Below, piece by piece: positions 23,678 to 36,234 of a stretch of DNA of 64,000 bases (position 1 is the first letter of the stretch; each line of letters begins with the position of its first letter). The DNA is from Malacoraja senta. Lineage: Eukaryota. The notes beneath the pieces were generated by a model. It did not search any database. It worked only from the letters and a program-made list of their open reading frames with translations, and had not been told where the DNA came from. Location: NCBI GenBank assembly GCA_038087875.1, contig CM075992.1:3846001-3910000 (forward strand), written 5' to 3'. The translations under genes were made by a program, and so were the position numbers.

Positions 23678-23960
23678 GCGGCACGGTGGGGCAGCGGTAG
23701 AGTTGCTGCCTTAAAGCGCAAAGAGACCCGTGTTTGATCCTGACTGCGGGTGCTGTCTATACGGAGTTTGTACGCTCTCCCCGTGACCGTGTGGGTTTTC
23801 TCTGGGCGCTCTGGTTTTCTCTCACACTCCAAAGACGTACAGGTGTGTAGGTTAATTGGCTTCTGTAAATTCTGTTAGGGTGTGTAGGATGGAACTAGTG
23901 TACGAGTGATCGTTGGTTGGTGAAGACCCGGTGGGCCGAACGGCCTGCTTCCATGCTGTA
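23678..23960 (+). mobile_element. tRNA-derived V-SINE (HE1-like), representative of more than 30 copies
   Basis: A/B-box head GGCACGGTGG-CAGCGGTAG...GTTCGATCC, V-domain GGAGTTTGTACGTTCTCCCCGTGAC...TTTCCTCCCAC, CR1-like 3' tail GGGCCGAAGGGCCTGTTTCC. Confidence 0.88.
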
Positions 23961-24380
23961 AGGTCGTAAGATCATCAGGAGTAGTAGAGTTAGGCCATTC
24001 GGCCCATCAAGTCTGCCATTCAATCATGGCTGATCTATCTCTCCCTCCAATTGAATTTCTTTCCCTCCAAACCCCATTCTCCTGCCTTCTCCCCATAACC
24101 TCTGACACCCGTACTAATCAACAATCTATCTATCCCTGCCTTAAAAATATTCACTGACTTGGCCTCCACAGCCTTCTGTGGCAAAGAGTTCCACAGATTC
24201 ACCACCCTCTGACTAAAGACATTCCACCTCATCTCCTTCCTAAAAGAACGTCCTTTAATTCTGAGGCTGTGCCCTCTAGTTCTAGACTCTCCCACTGTAG
24301 CTCTAAACTAAACTAAAGTGAACTTGAAAAAGAAAGGAAGGGACTCTTCAGTCTGCAGTCTGAAGAAGGGTCCCGACCTG

Positions 24381-24776
24381 AAACGTCACCTATCCATGTT
24401 CCCCAGAGATGCTGCCTGACCCTCTGTTACTCCAGCACTCTGTGAAACGTCACCTATCCATGTTCTCCACAGATGCTGCCTGACCCGCTGAGTTACTCCA
24501 GCACTCTGTGAAACGTCACCTATCCATGTTCTCCACAGATGCTGCCTGACCCGCTGAGTTACTCCAGCACTCTGTGAAACATCACCTATCCATGTTCTCC
24601 ACAGATGCTGCCTGACCCGCTGAGTTACTCCAGCACTCTGTGAAACGTCACCTATCCATGTTCTCCAGAGATGCTGCCTGACCCGCTGACTTACTCCAGC
24701 ACTTTGTGAAACGTCACCTATCCATGTTCTCCGCAGATGCTGCCTGACCCGCTGAGTTACTCCAGCACTCTGTGTC
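24381..24776 (+). repeat. Six-copy 66-bp tandem array derived from a Penelope terminal repeat
   Basis: Unit AAACGTCACCTATCCATGTTCTCCACAGATGCTGCCTGACCCGCTGAGTTACTCCAGCACTCTGTG starting at 24381, 24445, 24511, 24577, 24643 and 24709. Confidence 0.92.
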
Positions 24777-26623
24777 CTTCCTCAGTTAGTTAGTCATCCA
24801 TGCAGTTTGTCGACACTGGGGTTACTCAACAATGGAATAGATCAGCAGTAGAGTCAGTCAGTAATCCTCCGTGTTTCCCCATTACGTAATCTCTCGGGTT
24901 AAACATATCACAAACTTGCCCAATTTTCCGGTAATTACATTAATCACATTAATATCTTCACATTAAAACAGAGGGCAATGAATTGTATTAAAAGTCATTA
25001 CATTGCATTTATAACAAGGCTGAGTGGTCACTTAAAACACAGCACAGTTCAGTTAACTAAACTTTAGTTTAGTTTAGTTTAGTTTAACGATACAACGCGG
25101 AAACAGGCCCTTCGGCCCACCGAGTCCGCGCCGACCGGCGATTCCCTACACATTAATGGGGCTGTCCCACTGTACGAGCCAATTCAAGAGTTTTCCCCGA
25201 GTTTGCCCTGATTCGAACTCGGAGATTTACGGTAATGGCCGCTTGGTAGGTAGGTACTCGGAGCTCTTTTTCAACATGTTGACAAATCTTAGCGTTACGA
25301 GCCGCTAAGAGACGTCCCTGAGCTCCGACGTACCCGCTACGTACATTCTACGTGCTCACCACGAGTTTGATTTTTTTAAAAACTCGGGAGAGCTCTTGAA
25401 TTAGTTCGTACAGTGGGACAGGCCATTAACACTATCCTATACACACTAGGGACATTTTTCATTTATACCAAGCCAATTAAACTACAAACCAGCATGTCTT
25501 TAGAGTGTGGGAGGAAACTGAAGATCTTGGAGAAAACCATGCATGTCACGCGGAGAACGTACAAACTCCGTACAGACAGAATCTCGGGCGCTATAAGGCA
25601 GCAACTCAACCGCTGCGCCACCATGTTGCCCGTTCTATTGTATTAAACACAAGGCTTGGTGTCACAGTGAAACACAAGAGGTTTGCATAAAGCAAGACAT
25701 TTAGATACAGAGCAGTATATCACATTCAAATTGTGCAATGTAAAAGGAATGGGCAATGAATCAGATTAAAACCTAACAATATATCACATTAATATACTGG
25801 GTACAGTATGGCACTGAAACAGAGGGGGTGCCTCACATTGAAGCAGGGCAGTGTATCACGTTGAAATACAGGCCAATACAGTATCAAAACAGGGCAATGC
25901 TTTGCTGTAAAATGCAGGGTGATGCAGGATAAATGCAGCATTATAGAACATAGAACACAAAGCGTTTGACGGCACTGGGCCTGTACTCGCTGGAGTTTAG
26001 AAGAATGAGGGGGGACCTCATTGAATATTGAAGGGCTTGGATGGAGTGGATGTGGAGAGGATGTTTCCACTAGTGACCAGAGGTCACAGCCTCAGAATTA
26101 AAGGACATTCCTTTCGGAAAGAGATGAGGAAGAATTTCTTCAGTCAGAGGGTGGTGAATCTGTGGAATTCTTTGCCACAGAAGGCTGTGGAGGCCAAGTC
26201 AGTGGATATTTTTTAAGGCAGAGATGGATAGATTCTTGATTAGTACGGATGTCAGAGGTTATGGGGAGAAGGCAGGAGGATAGGGTTAGGAGGGAGAGAT
26301 AGATCAGCCGTGATTGAATGGCGGAGTAGAATTGTTGGGCCGAATGGCCTAATTCTGCTCCTATCCCTTATGACCTTATGACATGAACATAGCACAGGAT
26401 GTCTGTGCTCACCGTGAGAATAATTTAAACCATGCATCTGCCAACATGTGGTCTATTCGCGACTGTTTATGTGTTTATTGAAGTGCCTGTTAAACTTTGC
26501 TATCAGATCAGCTTCCACCATTTACCCTGAAAGAGCGCTCCTGGCACCAATTACTCTTTGTGTAAATAATTTACCTCGTAAAGCTCCTTTAAACATCGCC
26601 TGCCCCTCTCACCATAAAGCTTA

Positions 26624-26953
26624 TGGGCCCGTCCCACTCGCGCGACTTTTTCGGCGACTGCCGGCACCCGTCATAGGTCGTTGCAGGTCGCCGAAAATTG
26701 TCAACATGTTGAAAATCCATCGGCGACCAGAAAGACGGTACGACTCTTTGGGCGACTGAGGAGACGACTCACGACCGTACAGGCGACATGTCGCGGGGTG
26801 AAGCCTGTATGGTCGTGAGTAGTCGCCCAAAGAGTCGTACCTTGTTCTGGTCGCCGATGGATTTTCAACATGTTGACAATTTTCGGCGGCCTGCTGCGAC
26901 TATGACGGGTGCCGGGCAGTCGCCGAAAAAGTCCCGTAAGTGGGACAGGCCCT
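26624..26953. mobile_element. PIF/Harbinger-type MITE, almost fully palindromic
   Basis: GGGCCCGTCCCACT...AGTGGGACAGGCCC with ~130-bp internal inverted arms and TTA/TAA flanks. Others with the same termini at ~43688-44183, ~55848-56232 and ~59868. Confidence 0.82.
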
Positions 26954-29675
26954 TAAACTCTCTAGAATTTCCACCATAGGATCAAGGTTCCAACTATTTA
27001 CTATATCTATTTTATATAGTTTAGTTTAGTTTAATTTAGTTTATTTAAGCGATACAGCATGGAAACAGGCCCTTCGGCCCACCGAGTCCGTGCCAACCAT
27101 TGATCACTGGTCACTCTAGCTCTGTGCTATCCCAGTTATGCAGCCTACACACTAGGGGCAATATACAGAAGCCAATTCACTTACAAACCTGCATGTCTTT
27201 GGGATGTGGGACGATGCCGGAGCACCCGGAGGAAAGCCATGTGGTCACGGGGAGAACGTACAAACCCAATACAGGCAGCACCCGTAGTCGGGATCGAACC
27301 TGGGTCTCTGTCGATGTAAGGCAGCAATCTGCTGTGTCGCCCCACGTTTCCTCCCAATTCCAGAGAACACAATCCAATGCACGACCCTCCGATCCAGGAA
27401 ACATCCTGCTGAACCTCTCCTGCACCCTCTCCAAAAATCTTCACATCCTTCCTGTAACGGGGCTACCAGAACTGCACGCAAAACTCCAAATTGGCCCAAC
27501 CAAATTTTTATACAGCTGCAACACTGCTTCCCAACTTTTATATTCAATGCCTTGACCAAAGAAGACAAATATGTCGTAGTCCTTCTTTATCACTCTAATA
27601 ACTTGTGTCGCCACATACAGGATGCCATGGGCCAGTAAGCTCTCTCACTTTCTCCTCATCAATGCTCCTCAGGATCCTGTTGGATCGTTTCCTCTTCTAT
27701 TTGACCTCCCAAAATGAGAGACCACATACCCGCCTGGATTAAACTTCATCTCCCATTTCTCCATCCATCTTTCCAACAGATTTATATCCTGCTATATTCT
27801 CTGACAAACTTCTTCAGTATCCACAAATTTTCCAATTTTTGTTCGATCCTGACTACGGATGCCGTCTGTACGGAGTTCGTACCTTCTCCCTGTGACCTGC
27901 GCGGGTTTTCTCCAGGTGCTCCGCTTTCCTCCCACACTCCAAAGACGTACGGGTTTGTAGGTTGATTGGCGTTGGTAAAATTGTAAATTGTACCTGGTGT
28001 GTGTAGGATAGTGTTAGTGAGCGAGGTGATCGCTGGTCGGCGCGGACTCGGTGGGCCGAAGGGCCTGTTTCCGCGCTGTCTCGCTGAACTAAAGAGGTAG
28101 TGACTAGTCATAACTTCAGCACACAGACAAACCACAAGACCAGAGATGACCCATTGTTGCTTGAGGCACCACTCACAACAAAACTAACACAACTCTACTG
28201 GAGTCCAGGGGCCACCACTGAATTCTGAAGCAAGGTGACAGTGTGATTCACACTTCTGTGTGGCCTGGTGTTCAGGCATGACGGCACAGCTGGTAGAGCC
28301 ACTGCCTCCCAGCGCCAGAGACCCGGGTTTGATCCTGACCTCGTGTGCTGTCTGTGTGGAGTTTGCACGTTCACCCTGTGACCGCGTGGGTTTCCTCCGG
28401 GTGCTCCGGTTCCCACATGCCACGGACGTGCGGGTTTGTAGGTTCAAGTCAAGTGAGTTTATTGTCATGTGTCCCTGCTAGGACAATGAAATTCTTGCTT
28501 TGCTTGAGCACAACAGAACATAGTAGGCATTGACTACAAGGCATTCTATAAATATATACACAATGGTCAATATACTGATAAAGTGCAAATAACAGTATTG
28601 GCTAGTAAAGTTCAGTGTTATGTCCGAGCCAGGTTTAATAGCCTGATGGCTGTGGGGAAGTAGCTGTTCCTGAACCTGGTCGTTGCAGTCTTCAGGCTCC
28701 TGTACCTTCTACCTGAAGGCAGTAGGGAGATGAGTGTGTGGCCAGGATGGTGTGGGTCCTTGATGATGCTGCCAGCCTTTTTGAGGCAGCGACTGCGATA
28801 GATCCCCTCGATGGAAGGGAGGTCAGAGCCGATGATGGACTGGGCAGTGTTTACTACTTTTTGTAGTCTTTTCCTCTCCAGGGCGTTCAAGTTGCCGAAC
28901 CAAGCCACCATGCAACCGGTCAGCGTGCTCTAATTGGCTCTCTGTGAGTTGCCCCAAGTGTGTAGGGAGTACATCAAAAATTGGGATAACATAGAACTAT
29001 TCGAGAGGGCTTGTATACAAAAACAGGGATGTAATGTGAGGCTCTATAAGGCGCTGGTCAGGCCGCATTTGGAGTATTGTGAGCAATTCTGGGCACCATA
29101 TCTGAGGAAGGATATGCTGGCTCTGGAGAGGGTCCAGAGGAGGTGTGGACTCGGTGGGCCAAAGGTCCCGTTTCTGCGCTGAACCTCTGAACTAAAAAAA
29201 CTAAGCCTAACTTGGGGGCAGGAGTTACAATAGTTTCTCCTAGGGGACTCACAGGGTGGCAGGGGAAGGGAGTACATCGGAACAATACTCCGCTTACTGT
29301 AGATGATTGCAGAAGTTCAGCTGTGAATTGAAAGTGAAATATGCAAAAACGAGGGCGCAGTGTGGAACACTGAGAGGCAACGTACTCTGTGCAAAGGTTG
29401 AGAAACTACTGCACGTTGTAAAAGCAGCTGCATTCTCTACACATGCAGCAAACCACTGCACTGTGAATGTGTAAGCTTGTTTTAACCTGAGCCCCGTAAA
29501 AAGATAAGGTTCATGGGGCTAGACACAAAAGGCTGGAGTAACTCAGCGGGACAGGCAGCATCTCTGGAGAGAAGGAACGGGTGACGTTTCGGGTCAAGAC
29601 CCGTCCGTCGACTATCTTTGATCGGACTTTACAGGCTTTACCTTGCACTAAACATTATTCCCTTATCATGTATCT

Positions 29676-30790
29676 CAAGAGTCAAGAGAGTTCTATTGTC
29701 ATATGTCCCGGACGGGACAATGAAATTCTTACTTGCTGCAGCACAACAGATAAAGTGAATATGTAAACATTGTATAAAACGGGAGAAAAAAAGAAAAAGT
29801 TCAATAAATGATAAATATAATGCAAATAACAAATAATAATATAGTTTACAGTTCAGAGCTCAGAGCTTATTCGTTGTGTTTAATAGCCTGATGGCTGTGG
29901 GGAAGCAGCTATTCCTGAACCTGGACGTGACAGTCTTCAGGCTCCTGTACCTTCTTCCTGATGGCAGTGGTGAGATGAGTGTGTGGCCAGGATGGTGTGG
30001 GTCCTTGATGATTTTGGCTGCCTTTTTGAGGCAGCGACTACGATAGATCTCTTCGACGGTGGGGAGGTCAGAGCCGGTGATGGACTGGGCAGTGGTCACA
30101 ATATTTTGTAGTCTTTTCCGCTCCTGGACGTTCAAGTTGCCGAACCAGGCCACGATGCAACCAGTCAGTATGCTCTCTACCGTGCACCTGTAGAAGTTTA
30201 GGAGAATCCTCTTCGACATGCCGAATCTCCGTAATCTTCTCAGGAAGTAGAGTCACTCTTTACAATTGCATCAGTGTGCTGGGTCCTGGAAAGATCTTCT
30301 GATATATGCATGCCCAGGAATTTGAAGTTATTGACCCTTTCCACCATCGTTCCGTTGATATAAACAGGATTGTGGGTCCTCATCCTTCCCCTACCAAAGT
30401 CTTACTGATGTTGAGAGCCAGGTTGTTGTGCTGGAACCATTTGGTCAGTTGGTCAATTTCACTTCTATACTCTGACTCGTCCCCATCTGTGATTCGTCCA
30501 ACCACAGTGGTGTCGTCGGCAAACTTGAGGATGGAGTTCGCACTATGACTGGCTACGCAGTCATGGGTATAGAGTGAGTACAGCAGGGGGCTGAGCACGC
30601 AGCCTTGAGGTGCTCCCGTACTAATTGTTACTGAGGATGAAGTGGTTCCTCCAATTCGAACAGACTGTAGTCTGTGGATGAGGAAGACGAGTATCCAATT
30701 GCATAGGGATGTGCAGAGGCCCAGTTCTGTGAGCTTGGTAACCAGCTTGGAAGGGATGATGGTATTAATCGCCGAGCTATAGTCTTTAAA
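29676..30790 (-). mobile_element. Rex1/Babar-type LINE, degenerate RT plus C-terminal region
   Basis: [11 protein letters not shown]...[22 protein letters not shown]...[10 protein letters not shown] and FYRCTVESILTGCIVAWFGN...LPSGRRYRS. Confidence 0.9.
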
Positions 30791-31594
30791 TAACAGCGGA
30801 GTGGAGAGCCAATTGGTCTGCACAGGTCTTGTGACCTCGACCGGGTATACCATCAGATCCCGGCGCTTTCCGAGGGTTCACCCCACTGAAAGATCTTCTG
30901 ACGCCGGACTCTGTGACTTTGACTGTAACACCGTCAGGGCGAATAGGGGCTCGGGAAGGCACATCAGTGTTCTCCCTATCGAACTGTGCGTAGAACGCAT
31001 TGAGCTCGTCAGGGAGTGATGCTATTGTGGACGGCTCGAATTGTAATCATGTCTGGAACATATGACAATAAAAAACTCTTGACTTGATTTCACATGAAAC
31101 TGGTGTCACCGGCCCGACTAATGGATAGGGTTTCTCTTTGTGCCTTGTGAAAATGTTGCAACTACTGAAATACATGCCCGCCAGCCACGTAAATTGAACT
31201 ATTCAAATCCACATCCTCTATTTCAAGAGGTTCCCTCGGTCAATGTCAATAGATACACCATTCGTCAGAATATTCTAGTGGCATCTAGTTCCCTTCGAAA
31301 CTAACAACCTCCTGCAGCCTCGTAACAAATGGTGAAAATTAGCTCTGAACTAACAGACTGACAGAGTATTCTGTGATAGATACAAAATGCTGGAGAAAAG
31401 GGTTCTGTGTCTACCCTGTCTCATAATGTTATCTACTTCTTTCAAGTATAAAAACAGGTATAACAACTTATATACTTCTTTCAAGTCCTCTCCCATCGGG
31501 CAAAAGGTACTGAAGTGTGTAAACATACACACCTCCAGATTCAGGTCCAGTTTCTTCCCAGCTGTTATCAGGCAACTGAACCATCCTACCAACT

Positions 31595-31735
31595 TCTTCT
31601 TCTTCTTATGTACGGCGTGCACAGCCTAAAGTTGTAGGACAACTTGTTCTATTTGATCTGATTTGATTGTGCATGCCAGGTTGATTGCATTCGTCGAACA
31701 GGGAGGACCACGTGAAGGTTGCAATCTCCCACCCC
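31595..31735 (-). mobile_element. Second copy of the short Ingi/Vingi-like element
   Basis: Collinear with 22525-22670; imperfect TSD ACCAACT/ATCAACT. Confidence 0.75.
31683..31735 (-). ncRNA. HDV-like self-cleaving ribozyme, second copy (predicted)
   Basis: GGGGUGG-GA-GAUUGCA-ACC-UUCACGU-GGU-CCUCCCU-GUUCGA-CGAA-UGCAAUC; same fold with one P1 mismatch. Confidence 0.75.
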
Positions 31736-34391
31736 ATCAACTAAAGAGCAGTGTAGGAAGGAGCTGCAGATACTGATTTAATCTGAAGATAGACACAAAA
31801 AGCTGGAGTAACTCAGCGGGACAGGCAGCATCTCTGGAGAAAAGGAATGGGTGACGTTTTGGGTCCAGACCCTTCTTCAGAACAGTCCTGAACTGCTATC
31901 TACCTGTGCGTGGGGTTAGACCAAGTGGAAACTAAAGAGATTATAAAAAGTGATAAATACTCCCATGTCTGCCACGGGTACTGACCTCCCCGCCATCGAG
32001 GGGATCTACAGGAGGCGCTGCCTCAAATAGGCATCACCAAGGACCCACACCACCCTGGCCAGGCTCTCATTTCACTTCTGCCATCGGTTAGAAGGTACAG
32101 AAGCCTGTGGAATTCTCTGCCTCAGAGTGCGGTGGTGGCAGGTTCTCTGGATGCTTTCAAGAGAGAGCTAGATAGGGCTCTTAAAAAATAGCGGAGTCAG
32201 GGGATATGGGGAGAAGGCAGGAACGGGGTACTGATTGGGGATGATCAGCCATGATCACAGTGAATGGCGATGCTGGCTCGAAGGGCCAAATGGCCTACTC
32301 CTGCACCTATTGTCTATTGTCTATTGTCTATTAACTGTAACGCCCAGGTTCAGTAGCAGTTCCTTCCCAGCAACCATCAGGCTATTAAACACTAGAAACA
32401 CCAAACTAACCATCAAACTATGGCACTGTATTGGTTGCAGTAGGGACTTCCAGGGACAATCTTGTTTTGCACTAATATTGTTTTTATTAATTTATCAAAC
32501 TTTTTTTGTTCACTTATCCACTGAGTATTGTGTTTACAGATCAGTTATGCTGCTGCGAGTAGGAATGTCATTGTTCTGTTTTGGGACCTATGACACATTT
32601 AAACATTCATGACGACTCTTGGGGTATTAAACAGTGTGGGATTCATAATAATGATCATAATTGATAGGAGCAGAATTGGGCCATTCGGCCATCACGTCTA
32701 CTCCGCCATTCAATCATGGCTGACCTATCTCTCCCTCCGAACCCCACCTCTCCTGGCCAGATTGGACAAGCTTACAATTGAAATGAGGAGGCTTTTATTA
32801 AAGGGAAGAGAGTTACCCTTAATGGAAGCTTCCTCAAATATCGTTAACTGAGCTGTTTTCTGGGTCATTTGGACCTGAGGCCATTATCTGACCAACATGA
32901 TTTGTGTTTATTGTGTTCAAGAGCCTGATGGTTGTTGGGTAGAAGCTGTTCCTGAACCTGGAGCCACGGTTTTCAGACTACTACGGATGCTCCAGTCTCT
33001 TCCCACATTACAAAGACGTGCAGGATTTGGGCATTCCCTCTCTCTATCACTCCCCACCCAAGTCACACCAGCTTCTCATTTTCACCCTACAAACAGCTAA
33101 CAATGGCCTGTTTCCTTTATCATCGTAACTTTTTTGCATATCTTTTATTCCCTTAGCTTTGTAGGTCAATTGGCTTCTGTAAATTGCCCCTATGTAGGAT
33201 GTGAAACTGGGGTAACATAGAATTAGTGTACGGGTGATCGGTAGTCACAGGCAACTGAATCATCCCACCACAACCAGAGAGCAGTGCTGAACTACTAGCT
33301 ACCTCTTTGATGACCCGCGGACTATCCTTAATCGGACTTGATTGCACTAAACATTATTTCCTTATCAAGTATCTAAACACTGTGAATGGCTCGATTGTAA
33401 TCATGTATTGTCTTTCCGCTGACTGGTTAGCACGCAACAAAAGCTTTTCACTGTACCTCGGTACACGTGACAATAAACTAAACTGAACTGAACTGGTCGG
33501 TTGAAGGGCCTGTTTCCACTCTATATCTCCAAACTAAACTAAACTAACAACTTAACTTAACTCAGAATCAGAATCAGAATCAGAATCAGAATCACACTTT
33601 ATTCGCCAAGTATGTTTTGCAACATACGAGGAATTTCACTGGCCAGGTCAGTCATACAATTAAAAGCAACAGAACACTCAAAACACATTTTAACATGAAC
33701 ATCCACCACAGTGACTCCTACACATTCCTCACTGTTGATGGAAGGCGAAATAAAGTTCAAGTCCTTCCTTTTCTTCTTCCTCGGTCGCGGGCCTCGAGCC
33801 CCCGTTGACGGGATGATCTTGACTCCCGTAGCCGGTGGCGTTCGGGCCCTCCGCGTCAAGGCGTTCAGCTCCCGCATCGGGGGGTTGTCAGCTCACCAGC
33901 GCTGGGCGATCGAACCTCGCGTTGGGGCTGGTTGAACCTTCTGCGGCGTTGGAGCTCCCGACTCAGCCTCTCCCGAGACTGCGAGCCCTTGATGGTAAGT
34001 CCACAGTGGCCGCGGTGGGAGCGATCCCAGGCAAGGGATCCGCTCCGATGTTAAGTCGGAGCCCCGCGGTGGGGCTCACAACAGTCCGAAGAGGCTTCCA
34101 GCTCCAGCGATGGTAGGCCGCAGAGCACGGAGAATGTGATCCGAAAATTGATCACATCTCTGGGAAGGTGGGAACTTGAAAAGAAAAAGTTTCCCCCGAT
34201 CCCCTCCCCCCTCCCCCCTCCCCCCTCCCCCCTCCCCCCTCCCCCCACAGAAAACAAACCAAAGAACATTAAAACCAACTTTTAACAACTAAAAAATAAC
34301 TAAAGGAAAGAAAAAACAAACAGACTGCCGGCAGGGCTGCCATCTCCCCGGAGCCCCTGGTGAGAACTTAACTTAACTTAACTATACTATA

Positions 34392-34790
34392 CTTCTTCTT
34401 GCGAATTAAACATAAACCAAAGGAATAGTTAGATCTCAAGCCGGGTGTTGAGCAGCCAGGTTGTTGTCTCTGTTGGCGTCAATGTCTGCCAGGCCCTGAC
34501 AGAGCTCCATTTGGTGGGTGGTAGAGCGGGCACCCAGAGATGACATGGTTGGCTGCCTGTAGTTCTGCTCCGCATTCACAGGCTGGGCTCTGGCGGAGCC
34601 CCCATCTCCACACGCTGGCGTTGAAACGCCCAACTCCAGTACCAAGTCTGTTGAGCTTCACCCATGTTCCTCTGGGGAGGTCAGACCCTGGACAGCTTTT
34701 ATCTGTGAAGAGATGTAGCTGTGTAATGGAGATGAGGTTGCCTTCACCCCTGTGACCACTGGTGGCTATCCAGTGTGTTTTTGGTACAGT
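34392..34790 (-). mobile_element. Vingi/Ingi-like (I-group) LINE 3' fragment
   Basis: Encodes WVKLNRLGTGVGRF...WG...SPACECG...HVISGCP (C-terminal CCHC region) and ends in CGCAAGAAGAAG, like the short element. Confidence 0.6.
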
Positions 34791-35899
34791 ATAGTTTGGT
34801 AGGTATAGTATAGTATATTCTATACGATACCAAAACTAAACTAAGCTAAACTAAACTCTACTGAGCTAAACTAAACCAAATTATTATACTAAACCAAACT
34901 AAACTAAACTGAACTATACCAAACTAAAGTGAACTAAATTGAATTGTTGAATTTCAATTCACTGTGACTTGAGTGGTGAAGGTAAGTTGGACTTGTTGTT
35001 ATACAGTATATGCCCTGTCACACATTCCTTCTCAGTATCCAGTCCTGCGCAATGAAAAATTGGTGTCACGTGTAATGTTGCCAACACATTCTTGGTAATA
35101 TAAACCCACGGGACTGTTTGTGAAAGCTTCACAGCAGTGCCGTTGATATACATTACCCCATTACTGGCTTAACGTTGCATTTAAACCACACAAAGGAGAT
35201 GCATTATTTTCCAGTTAATATGGCAGGAAGAAAAGGAATTCACACATTCACTTACACTTCAAACAGGAGGGAGGTTCCATTGTTGGAAAATTTGCGAATA
35301 CTTTGTTCAGGATAATTTCTTCACAAAAAAATACCTGCAGTGATATTGGAGACACGAGGAACTGCAGATGCCGGAATAGTGAGGAAAAGTGCTGCAGTAA
35401 CTCAACAGGCAGCTCAGGCAGCAACTCTGGAGAAAATGGATGTTTCGTGTCAGGCCGCCTGAGGAAGCGAATTTCCTTACCCGAAAGGTCCATTTTCTCC
35501 AGAGACGCTGAGTTACTGCCGCACTTTGTGTCTATCCTCAGTATCTCTGGAGACCTGGGTTCGATCCTGACTACGGGTGCTGTCTGTACGGAGTTTGTAC
35601 GTTCTCCCTGTTTGGGTTTTCTGCGGGTGCTCCGGTTTCCTCCCACGCTCCAAAGACTTGAAGCTTTGTAGGTTAATTGGCTTCGGCGAGTTGAAAATTG
35701 TCCCTGGTGTGTATAGTGGTGCTAGTGTACCAGGTGATCGCTGGTTGGCGCAGACTTGGGTGGGCGAAGGTCCTGTTTCTACGCTGTATCTCTAAAGTCC
35801 AAAGATGATTTTGGCTGTTGTTGCTTCTAGTCGTTACTGATCTGAGTCAACAACACTAATAAGGGACGAGTTGGTTGCTATTTATAATAATTATTATTT

Positions 35900-36234
35900 A
35901 AAAAAAAAAAAATTGTATTTATTAGAAGTACATTACATTACAACCAATTACATTAGTACTCATCACATATATCTTATTACAATTAATGTACTCCGTTTAT
36001 TTTTTTAATAAAGGGAAAGGATGAGATTGAGAGAAAGGGGAAAAGTGAAGGGAAAAAGTGAAAGTGTAAAAACGTAACAACAAAACAAAAAAAACAAAGA
36101 CCCTATAAGAAAGAAATTAAAAACAAAAAGAAAGAATTAAGAAATAGACCCTAAAAAAGAAGAAAGATAGAGAAAGAGGGAAAAGAGCAAAACAAATACT
36201 TTTTTGTAAGCATCACGCAAATGGGACATACCAA
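35900..36234 (-). mobile_element. L1-type 3' UTR fragment; related shorter copy at ~12872-13035
   Basis: Shared ATTGTATTTTATTAGAAGTACATTACATTACAACCA... between the two loci; homopolymer end. Confidence 0.55.

Noticed and set aside
24381..24776. CRISPR-like regular array
   Set aside because: Contiguous tandem units with no unique spacers, derived from a Penelope repeat; eukaryotic context with no cas genes.
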